DNA of 46,335 nucleotides from a bacterium (GTDB lineage Bacteria; Chlamydiota; Chlamydiia; Chlamydiales; 2-12-FULL-49-11): NCBI GenBank assembly GCA_021847505.1, contig JAJZEO010000040.1, positions 1 to 46,335 of the forward strand, read 5' to 3'. Shown piece by piece: positions 18,688 to 26,619 of this stretch (position 1 is its first letter; each line of letters starts with the position of its first letter). The notes under the pieces were generated by a model. It saw only the letters and a program-made list of their open reading frames with translations, ran no database searches and was not told where the DNA came from. The position numbers and the translations under genes were made by a program.

Positions 18688-19761
18688 TTAATCTAGGAAG
18701 CTGGGATTAGAGAGGTAATCGAAATAGAGATCGGCAATGAGATCTAGGTTGGAAGGAGCTTTGGAAATTTGTTGCAAAAGCTTAGAAAGAATTCGATGAC
18801 GATAACAAAAGAGGATCATATTAAATGAGCCCCCTTGATTTGTTTCCTTCCTCCAAACATTGAAAAATACCTCTTTAAGCTTGCTGACTTCCTTCAGGCG
18901 AATGCGCTTTTTGAGTGCAAGTGAATCGAGCATATTTAGGACAACAGCTACATTGTTCTCTCGATTTATGGGAAAGCTTTTCCGAATGGTAGAGTCATTC
19001 AAGAGCAAAGATTGATCGAATAAATGAATTTCCCCACTTTCTAGGGAAAACAAATAATTCGATTCATGAAAATCCCCAAAAGCAAGTGAAGAGGTCATTG
19101 GCTCCTTAAGACACTCCTTTGCCAATTGCTCTAACCGAGGCATCTCCTCTACCATGATCTTTTTAAGAAGTTTGCTTTCCTCAAGAGCCGCCATTCGTTC
19201 TTTAAGAAAGAGAAGTTTATTTTGAAATATCGATTCTGCTTCTTGAATAGCTAGCGGCAAGACATTTTCTCGATGAATACTTGCAGCTACAAGAGCCAGC
19301 TTTTCGGTCCAAACAACTCTCTCTTTGGTGTTTGCTTTACCATATGCATCTGTAGAAGAAATTCCTTTTACTCTTTCCATAATCCAAAATAGTTCTCCAC
19401 CCATTTTACCGATTTGGATCAATTGTGCAAGCCGAGCAAAAGGAGGTAAATGACCCGATAGCAGATCATAGGCAATTTTTTCTCCGAATGCATCTTTTTG
19501 ATTTTTGTAAATTTTAAACACATGAGAAAATTCACCCCCTTTTTTCCCAAATAGGTATACACGATCTTTTTGAGAAAAAAATGACGATTTTGTCTTATCT
19601 TTAAAATCGATGGGACACCCTAAGAATTGTTCTCCAACTTCTAAAAATCCTTGATTATATTCGGGCAGCTCCTCTTTCCAAACAGGATTTATCTGGCCAG
19701 TCCGTAGATATTCTTCAGAGACTATTTGCAGAATATTTTGATTATTTAATTCCATGAACAT
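18688..19761 (-). CDS. APH/choline-kinase-like phosphotransferase (protein-kinase-like fold)
   Basis: HVFKIY (Lys), FGEK (Glu), WIMERVKG hinge, LAFGDFHESNYL catalytic loop, IHLFD metal-binding Asp. Confidence 0.8.
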   Translation of the reverse strand: MFMELNNQNILQIVSEEYLRTGQINPVWKEELPEYNQGFLEVGEQFLGCPIDFKDKTKSSFFSQKDRVYLFGKKGGEFSHVFKIYKNQKDAFGEKIAYDLLSGHLPPFARLAQLIQIGKMGGELFWIMERVKGISSTDAYGKANTKERVVWTEKLALVAASIHRENVLPLAIQEAESIFQNKLLFLKERMAALEESKLLKKIMVEEMPRLEQLAKECLKEPMTSSLAFGDFHESNYLFSLESGEIHLFDQSLLLNDSTIRKSFPINRENNVAVVLNMLDSLALKKRIRLKEVSKLKEVFFNVWRKETNQGGSFNMILFCYRHRILSKLLQQISKAPSNLDLIADLYFDYLSNPSFLD

Positions 19762-19878
19762 ATTATGGCAGCTTATTTTCTTTGCTCCATAAGCAGCTCT
19801 TTTTGCGTTGGTTACAAACTTTCCTCCCAGTTAGTTATAATTGCATTCAGATGCGTGAGATAATTCGAGCGCATTTTA

Positions 19879-19894
19879 CGTATTAATTAATACG
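19879..19894. promoter_or_regulatory. Perfect 16-bp palindrome touching the RBS of the poly-Ser gene (possible operator)
   Basis: CGTATTAATTAATACG equals its reverse complement; GAGGAA RBS starts at 19894. Confidence 0.4.
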
Positions 19895-19906
19895 AGGAAA
19901 TTAATC

Positions 19907-20272
19907 ATGAGTAAAAAATCTATTGAAGGTAAGATTAATCAAATTAATAACTTTGATGATCATGCCGACTGTTCAAGCTCTAGCTCTAGCTCTAGCTCTA
20001 GCTCTAGCTCTAGCTCTAGCTCATCAAGCTCTAGCTCTAGCTCATCAAGCTCTAGCTCTAGCTCTAGCTCATCAAGCTCTAGCTCTAGCTCATCAAGCTC
20101 TAGCTCTTCAAGCTCTAGCTCTTCAAGCTCTAGCTCATCAAGCTCTAGCTCATCAAGCTCTAGCTCATCAAGCTCTAGCTCATCAAGCTCTAGCTCTAGC
20201 TCATCAAGCTCTAGCTCATCAAGCTCTAGCTCTTCAAGCTCTAGCTCTAGCTCTTCAAAGTCATCTAGCTAA
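19907..20272 (+). CDS. Poly-serine peptide: 22-aa leader + 95 Ser + KSSS
   Basis: GAGGAA RBS 7 nt before ATG; only TCT/TCA/AGC codons in the tract; repeat variants are in-frame and synonymous; terminator follows. Confidence 0.7.
   Translation: MSKKSIEGKINQINNFDDHADCSSSSSSSSSSSSSSSSSSSSSSSSSSSSSSSSSSSSSSSSSSSSSSSSSSSSSSSSSSSSSSSSSSSSSSSSSSSSSSSSSSSSSSSSSSSSSSSKSSS
19973..20257 (+). repeat. Tandem repeat of TCTAGC hexamers interspersed with TCATCAAGC/TCTTCAAGC nonamers
   Basis: Directly visible; 285 bp. Confidence 0.97.
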
Positions 20273-20293
20273 GAAAATTAGCTGACATTGATG

Positions 20294-20327
20294 GAGGCCA
20301 CAATTCATTGTGGCCTCTTTTTTTTTT
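20294..20327 (+). terminator. Rho-independent terminator
   Basis: GAGGCCACAA-TTCA-TTGTGGCCTC 10-bp stem followed by 10 T. Confidence 0.92.
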
Positions 20328-20366
20328 CGTATATAAAGGGTCTTTCTTATACAATCTAATACGTTT

Positions 20367-20966
20367 GTGTTACAACGAGGTCTCTTAGTGACCCTCTACA
20401 TACTCAGTGGAAAATACAAAGGGTTTAAATTGGTAACCCCAAAAAGGCGGGAAACCCGACCTGCTACATCCCTTCTCCGAGGGATGGTTTTTGACTCTTG
20501 TCAAGAACTCATCGACGGGGCACGGGTCCTCGATTTGTTTTCAGGCTCTGGCGCAATGGGTATAGAAGCATTAAGTCGCGGGGCCGCATTCGTTACATTC
20601 AATGACTTAAGTGAAGAGTGCGTGAAAGCAATCCGAGCCAATTTGAAAATCATCGGAAAGGAAAATGAAGGAGAGGTATTCAGAATCGATGCCTTTTCAC
20701 TACTCGATCGTCTAAAACAAGAACCATATGATTTGATTCTTCTACACCCCCCTTACCCGATTGGTTTAAGTGGATATACGCGCCTTATCGAACAACTAGG
20801 ACAAAAAAAGCATCTTTACAGCCCCTCAACCCACCTATTCCTAGAGATCCCTGGGCAACTGGAAAAATCTCTAACACTACTCATTGAAAAACACTTTAAC
20901 ATCATCAAATGCAAAAGTCGCTCAACTTGGGCCCTTTTTCATTTAACCCCACTGGGAAACCTATGA
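20367..20966 (+). CDS. rsmD: 16S rRNA m2G966 methyltransferase RsmD family (start probably GTG 20388)
   Basis: ILSGKYKG..L, TRP, VLDLFSGSGAMGIEALSRGA; HPPY in place of DPPY. Confidence 0.9.
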   Translation: MLQRGLLVTLYILSGKYKGFKLVTPKRRETRPATSLLRGMVFDSCQELIDGARVLDLFSGSGAMGIEALSRGAAFVTFNDLSEECVKAIRANLKIIGKENEGEVFRIDAFSLLDRLKQEPYDLILLHPPYPIGLSGYTRLIEQLGQKKHLYSPSTHLFLEIPGQLEKSLTLLIEKHFNIIKCKSRSTWALFHLTPLGNL

Positions 20967-21952
20967 TTAAATCGTTTTTAGGTTTGTTTTTTTCAGTACT
21001 TCTTTACGTCGATGGTATTGAATATGTTCGTTGTGTAGGTTATGACCGCGCTGGGGCTCCCATTCAATGGATGTGCGATGAAAATGGCACATTGTCGAAG
21101 AGGGTATTTTTGGGAAATAGCCGCGGTCAGGCCGATGATCTAGCAATATCCTCTTCTCTTGTCTATTGTGGGGGACAAGATTGGACCAATAGTGCGGCCA
21201 TTTGGATGAATAGAGTTGATGGAAGTGGCGTAAATAAAGTGGCTTTTGATTCAAATGGAAGTTCTATCAATAGATTGGCCCTTTCTTCTTCTAGAGTTTA
21301 TAGCGTAGGGTCCAGCCATTCCGTTAATGCAATGCTGTGGATCTCCTATTTAGATTGCAGCCATCATCAATCGATACCTTTGAATAACGGGAACTATGCA
21401 AGGGGATTATCTCTCTCTTCAAACAGCCTATATATTGTCGGGGATAGCCCTGGAGAAGGCTCCATACTTTGGATGGCTTCTTTAGGGGGAAGTTCGCTGC
21501 AAACGATCTCCCTAGACACCGGATACAGCATGGCCTTTGATGTCGGTATTTCTTCAGAGAATATCTACAGCATAGGATTAGATGACAGCAAAAATATGAC
21601 GCTTTGGATCAATGACTTAACAGGTGTCTTTGTGAGTAAAATTTCAATGGCATCGAATGGAAATTTTGCAGGCAGGCTAATCGTTTTATCCGATAAGATC
21701 TATTTGGGAGGGTACGATGATCAAGGAAAGGCTACTCTATGGATCTCTGATTTGAAGGGAAATTTGCTTAACAAAATCGAGCTTGATAATGGTCAAGTGA
21801 ATAGCTTAGCTCTATCTTCGACCGCGATTTACAGCACAGGACAAGATGATTTAGAAAACGCGGTGCTTTGGATCTGCGATCTTGATGGCAACAACATCAA
21901 AAAGAATATTTTAGCCCCACAAGGCGCTGTTGCCATTGGCGTTGCACTATAA
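20963..21952 (+). CDS. Secreted seven-repeat beta-propeller protein
   Basis: ATGA overlap with rsmD; signal-like MIKSFLGLFFSVLL; about seven ~44-aa repeats LxxSSxxxYxxG...A.LW..DL.G. Confidence 0.75.
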   Translation: MIKSFLGLFFSVLLYVDGIEYVRCVGYDRAGAPIQWMCDENGTLSKRVFLGNSRGQADDLAISSSLVYCGGQDWTNSAAIWMNRVDGSGVNKVAFDSNGSSINRLALSSSRVYSVGSSHSVNAMLWISYLDCSHHQSIPLNNGNYARGLSLSSNSLYIVGDSPGEGSILWMASLGGSSLQTISLDTGYSMAFDVGISSENIYSIGLDDSKNMTLWINDLTGVFVSKISMASNGNFAGRLIVLSDKIYLGGYDDQGKATLWISDLKGNLLNKIELDNGQVNSLALSSTAIYSTGQDDLENAVLWICDLDGNNIKKNILAPQGAVAIGVAL

Positions 21953-21970
21953 TAGACTTAACCTAAGTTA

Positions 21971-24523
21971 TTATGAAAGCTCGTTACCATCGGGATCAAA
22001 CGATTTCTTAAACGTCAGTTGGTCGTCTTTATATTCTTGTAGAAGCCTAGGGGTCCCATTGTCGTAATACTTATTAAATTTTCCGTGTTTTTTACCCTCT
22101 TTGTACTCTCCTTCAAAAATTAAAACTCCTTTCTCGTTCCAAGATTTGCAAACCCCGTTGAGAACCCCGTTAGAAAAAATCGATATCGCTGAGGGAGTTC
22201 CATCAATATAATAACTTAATTGCATTCCATCAATTTCATCATCTACATAGGGAGTGATGCGTAACACTCTTCCATTAGGATAGTACTGAAAAGCTTCGCC
22301 ACTCTTTTTATCCCCAATAAAATGAATCTTTGAGACAAGCAAGCCACGAGTATCGAAAATGTAAGCTGGCCCCTCTTTCTTTCCATGATTAAAATTGCAG
22401 GTCGTCATCTTAAGTCCAGCTTCGTTATATTCTGTCACCTCTCCATCGAGAAACCCTCGATTGTAGTTTGCTTCAAGCGCCTTAACTTTTCCAAAACGGG
22501 GATGTACGGGATAAAAACGTTCGAAAGGGCCGTGCTTTTTATTCCTTTCATAATAACAAACCACTTCACTTCCCCCCTGGTCCTTCATCAGGAATTTCCC
22601 AACGAGCTTTCCTTGATCATACCAACACTCTTGGAGCAAATCACCTTGCACAGACCACAGTGATTTCAAACCATGGAGTTCCCCATTCTCATAAGTGATC
22701 AATGAAGAAATAGATCCGGTTGGGTAAAATATTTTCTGCTCTCCATGAAGTCTTCCCGAACCATCGTAGTTAAGTATACGATTGAGGACAGCCTCCCCAT
22801 TTTCCCCTTTACATTCGCTCGGAAAGTAATATTTTTGCTCACCTACAGGATTGCCCCCTTTGTAAAAGCGGGTAAAATGAAGAGCGCCATCATCATAGAA
22901 AGCTTGCGCTAAACCTTCATTCTTATCGTTTTGATAAAATCCCTTGTATTTGATCTGTCCTGATTCCCAATACTCGATTCCTTTTCCATTTTTTTTGCCC
23001 TCTCGATATTCATACACATAATGGGGGATTTCATTGGAAAAGTAAGAAGAAATTGTTCCATTTAAAAGGTTGTTTTTATACGTGGCATCATAGAGCAAAT
23101 TTCCTTGTTCATCATATTCTCTTGCACTGCCGTTCAAGTTACCTTGCGTGTAGGTACTCGTTGCGAGAAGTGTTCCTTTCTGACTGAATGCTTGAAAATG
23201 CCCATCAGGAACTCCATGATCAAAATATTCGCGGCGTTTGACTTCGCCGTTTTCGTACCACTCCATCAGTTCCCCGGAAAGCTCATTATCAGCATAATCA
23301 GCTTTGAAAGCGATGATCCCGTTTTCATACCAGCGTTGTACTTTACCGTTGAGTTTCCCCTCGTTATAGTTACTAAATACCCAAGGCATTCCGTTTTCAT
23401 AATATTGGAGAACTTCACCATCGAGCTCCCCCATCTTTTGATTTCCATCAAATTTTAAAACGCCGCTCGGGTACCAATCGAGAAATTTTCCATGATATTT
23501 TCCACCCTTCATGGAAAACTCTTTGATAAGTACTCCCTGTGATGAAAAAACCTGAACAGGCTTTAATGTTGTTCCAAAGTCATCAAATTCAGCATTCCAA
23601 TAATTTTTCCCATTTTCATGTTTCATCCAATGTTTTTTCACAGGAATATCATGATGATAATATTCCTCTCCGCGAAGACCGCCATTTTCAAAATAAGAAA
23701 GCCACATTCCATGCCTTTTTCCATGGTCATAATTCTTTCTCTCTTTTTCTTGACCAGACGGGTAGTAAGTCGTAGTAACCCCTTGTTTTTCACCATCCTC
23801 ATAATCGGCAACCTCTTTAAGAGCATGATATTCATCATACTCTATACGTGCAGGGTTTTTTCCATCATTGGTACATAAATTGTCTTTGTAAAATGTTTTG
23901 GCCGCAATCACGCCATTCTCATGCCATTCTAAGCAGGTTCCCTGTTTAAGCCCGTTTCTGTAAACAGTTAAAGCTTTGCGTTTAGAACTTGGGTAGTATT
24001 CCCAGCTCTCCCCATGAAGCTGCCCGTCCAGAAAATGTTCTTCTGTCTTCTTTTTTCCATCTTCAAAAAAAGAATTCCTCACACCAACGAGATTTCCCTC
24101 TTCATAGGTTTCTTTAATGGCAAACGCCCCACTAGGGTAAAAGACAACCCTTTGTCCGTGCGGTTGTCCCTTTTTGTAATTCGTAATCTCTTGCTCAATC
24201 CCGTTAGGAAACCATTTGACGTAGAGACCATGATATAAACCTTCCACGTCATAATCAACTTCTTCTAATTTTGACCCACTTTCATAATAAACGATCTTTT
24301 TGCTTAATACGGACTCATCATTTTCATCTTCACTGTAATAATCGACTTCAAAAGGTTGTCCCGCCTCATAACTTTTGACAATCTTCGGCTGCCATTCTGG
24401 TTCAATCCCTAATAAATGATCACGAATGACTGAAACATTCGGCGTTTCAATAACGGGCTCTTCAGCAAAACTAACGGCAATGGGGAAAAATAGAAAACAG
24501 AGCCTAGCAAAAATACGATTCAT
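21971..24523 (-). CDS. Secreted MORN-variant (YwqK-like) repeat protein
   Basis: AAGGAG RBS before ATG 24523; signal peptide ending VSFA; roughly 30 repeats of G...HG....YY.NG (counted by eye). ORF track start is 24556. Confidence 0.88.
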   Translation of the reverse strand: MNRIFARLCFLFFPIAVSFAEEPVIETPNVSVIRDHLLGIEPEWQPKIVKSYEAGQPFEVDYYSEDENDESVLSKKIVYYESGSKLEEVDYDVEGLYHGLYVKWFPNGIEQEITNYKKGQPHGQRVVFYPSGAFAIKETYEEGNLVGVRNSFFEDGKKKTEEHFLDGQLHGESWEYYPSSKRKALTVYRNGLKQGTCLEWHENGVIAAKTFYKDNLCTNDGKNPARIEYDEYHALKEVADYEDGEKQGVTTTYYPSGQEKERKNYDHGKRHGMWLSYFENGGLRGEEYYHHDIPVKKHWMKHENGKNYWNAEFDDFGTTLKPVQVFSSQGVLIKEFSMKGGKYHGKFLDWYPSGVLKFDGNQKMGELDGEVLQYYENGMPWVFSNYNEGKLNGKVQRWYENGIIAFKADYADNELSGELMEWYENGEVKRREYFDHGVPDGHFQAFSQKGTLLATSTYTQGNLNGSAREYDEQGNLLYDATYKNNLLNGTISSYFSNEIPHYVYEYREGKKNGKGIEYWESGQIKYKGFYQNDKNEGLAQAFYDDGALHFTRFYKGGNPVGEQKYYFPSECKGENGEAVLNRILNYDGSGRLHGEQKIFYPTGSISSLITYENGELHGLKSLWSVQGDLLQECWYDQGKLVGKFLMKDQGGSEVVCYYERNKKHGPFERFYPVHPRFGKVKALEANYNRGFLDGEVTEYNEAGLKMTTCNFNHGKKEGPAYIFDTRGLLVSKIHFIGDKKSGEAFQYYPNGRVLRITPYVDDEIDGMQLSYYIDGTPSAISIFSNGVLNGVCKSWNEKGVLIFEGEYKEGKKHGKFNKYYDNGTPRLLQEYKDDQLTFKKSFDPDGNELS

Positions 24524-24545
24524 CGAAAACTCCTTATCAATATTT

Positions 24546-25001
24546 TCAAAATACATTTTCTTTGACTTTCATGCGATCAATTTGCACAAGAGAAATCTCT
24601 CTGGGTTTAGAATTGCCTTTTATGGGGCGACAAATGATCTGATCTTGTGGCCAAAAATAGCCGTTAGCATAGAAAATAATCTCCCCTTCTAATCGTAGGT
24701 TAGGAAGATTGATGTTTCGATTAACCCGGCTCTTAAGTAACTTTGGTGGGTCAAAACACTCAATAAATAGCTTTGTCTTTGACCCCTCGGGGGTAAACTT
24801 AAAGGTAAAGTCATGTCCAAATGAGAGAGCATTTAGTTTGGCCGCATAAATTTCATTTTGGACGAGGCGACAAGAAGAAAGATAGCGGTGTTCATTGATG
24901 AGCTCCCATCCTTTGTAAATAAAAAGAGACGAGATGAGGCATAAAAGAAACATCGAGATGACAATTTCAAAAAGGGTAAAGCACCGTTTACAACACTTCA
25001 T
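24546..25001 (-). CDS. Type II secretion minor pseudopilin-like protein
   Basis: MKCCKRC-FTLFEIVISM class III signal with Glu+5; follows gspG; start reassigned to ATG 25001. Confidence 0.75.
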   Translation of the reverse strand: MKCCKRCFTLFEIVISMFLLCLISSLFIYKGWELINEHRYLSSCRLVQNEIYAAKLNALSFGHDFTFKFTPEGSKTKLFIECFDPPKLLKSRVNRNINLPNLRLEGEIIFYANGYFWPQDQIICRPIKGNSKPREISLVQIDRMKVKENVF

Positions 25002-25422
25002 CGAGATTTTCGGGGAAGGCCCAGGGATAGTTTTCATGCAACTCCGACTCGTCCATTTTCTTCTTTTCAACAAGATACTTATGCCATTGGGGAGAGTAAA
25101 CCACTACATCGTTCTCTGATGTTTTTCGAATCACGAATTTTTGATTCCATCCATCTTTGATCATTTTTTTTGGGTTGCTCACCAATCCCGATTCACTCAA
25201 TAAAGCTTCTGGAGATTTAACTATTTGATTCATGTTGCTTCCATTGGCGAGGCTGAGCATCAATATATCATAGACTTGTTTTGAACCTTGTTCCGATTTA
25301 AACGCTCTCCCTTCATTAAGGGATCCCTTCATGCTATATCCAACAACACTTCCGATAATTCCAATGATGAAAATGACGATCATCATCTCTAACAACGTTA
25401 TAGCTCTCTTATTAATTTTCAT
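24988..25422 (-). CDS. gspG: Type II secretion major pseudopilin
   Basis: KRA-ITLLEMMIVIFIIGII prepilin motif; KDGWNQKF resembles the GspG DPWG motif. Confidence 0.85.
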   Translation of the reverse strand: MKINKRAITLLEMMIVIFIIGIIGSVVGYSMKGSLNEGRAFKSEQGSKQVYDILMLSLANGSNMNQIVKSPEALLSESGLVSNPKKMIKDGWNQKFVIRKTSENDVVVYSPQWHKYLVEKKKMDESELHENYPWAFPENLDEVL

Positions 25423-25440
25423 AGGAATCTCCCTTCCGTA

Positions 25441-26619
25441 TTATGTTATGGCTGAGACGTCTGTCATCGGCAATAAGACGGCCAATAAAACAGTACCCAC
25501 CATCAAGCCAAGAATGAGCAGCATAACAGGTTGCAAGAGATTTGTAAACTGAGAGATAGACCTTTCGAACATTTCTTCATAAATTTCAGCGATGTTCATC
25601 ATCATTTCGGATAGAGACCCAGTTTCCTCGGCCGTAGCGAGCATCCTTACGACCAAGGGAGGCATCAAGGGCGATTGCCTAAACAGATAGGAGAGCTTTT
25701 TACCTGTAATAATCCCCTCTTCTGTCTCAAATACCACCTTTTCATAAACAGGATTGTTCATCACGCCGCGAGAAAGACGCAGCGCTTTTGAAATGGGAAC
25801 CCCACTTTCCAAAAGAACTGATAACACACGGAAAAACCGCATTAAAACAGCTTCCATAATCATCCTCTTCAGGAGGGGGACGTGGACAAAAAAGGCTTGC
25901 AAATGCTTCCTCGTTTTCTCTTGTCTGATAAACCAGGAAATGCATAAGACTAAGATAAATAAGCTCGGGAAAAACCAAAAAGCATGGGCATTCATGGCAT
26001 CGCTGATCGCAAGAACAACTCTTGTCATGGGATGAAGCGACCGCCCTTCAAATAATTCCTTCATCGAAGGAATCAAGAAAAGAAAGAGCCCTACCAACAC
26101 TACTCCACAAAAAGAGGCAAGGAAAAGAGGATACAACATGGCGGCTCGGATTTGCCGCTTAAATTTTTCCGTCCTCGCTAAAACACGGTAAAGTTGAAGA
26201 AAGGCCTTATCGAGACGCCCGGTATTTTCCCCAGCCTCAACCATGGAGACATAGAGTTGATCAAAAATCGTTCCGTGACACGCAAGGGCTTTGGAAAATC
26301 TACACCCCCCCTTCACCTTATCACATAAATCGAGGAAAATGGCGTGAGCTTTGTGATTTTTATACTTTTCTTCGATAGTCAAAAGGCTCTCATAAAGAGG
26401 TAAGCCGGAAGATAGGAGTTGCATGACTTCTCGAGTAAAATTGATCAATAATGTCTTACTAAAAAAGTTACGCCGTTTGGTCTTCGCCAGGGTAATTTTC
26501 GTTACAATCACGCGCATTTGACGAAGTTTGGCCTTGGCAGCAAGCAAGGTATCAGCATCGATCACGCCGACCTTTTGTTTTCCATTCTCTAACAGCTCGG
26601 TATATTCAAAAAGGGCCAT
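25441..26619 (-). CDS. gspF: Type II secretion inner membrane platform protein
   Basis: LLSSGLPL, MVEAGENTGRL, AMLYP, AEETGSL, LLQP motifs. Confidence 0.95.
   Translation of the reverse strand: MALFEYTELLENGKQKVGVIDADTLLAAKAKLRQMRVIVTKITLAKTKRRNFFSKTLLINFTREVMQLLSSGLPLYESLLTIEEKYKNHKAHAIFLDLCDKVKGGCRFSKALACHGTIFDQLYVSMVEAGENTGRLDKAFLQLYRVLARTEKFKRQIRAAMLYPLFLASFCGVVLVGLFLFLIPSMKELFEGRSLHPMTRVVLAISDAMNAHAFWFFPSLFILVLCISWFIRQEKTRKHLQAFFVHVPLLKRMIMEAVLMRFFRVLSVLLESGVPISKALRLSRGVMNNPVYEKVVFETEEGIITGKKLSYLFRQSPLMPPLVVRMLATAEETGSLSEMMMNIAEIYEEMFERSISQFTNLLQPVMLLILGLMVGTVLLAVLLPMTDVSAIT

Noticed and set aside
19973-20257. Repeat tract as a CRISPR array
   Set aside because: Units are 6-9 nt with no unique spacers and no cas genes.
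19923-20285. 120-aa ALALAHQ-repeat ORF
   Set aside because: Alternative frame of the poly-Ser repeat; TTG start without a clear RBS, and repeat variants are non-synonymous in this frame.
21971-24556. YwqK toxin-antitoxin module
   Set aside because: No adjacent toxin; the protein has a signal peptide and is much longer than an immunity protein.
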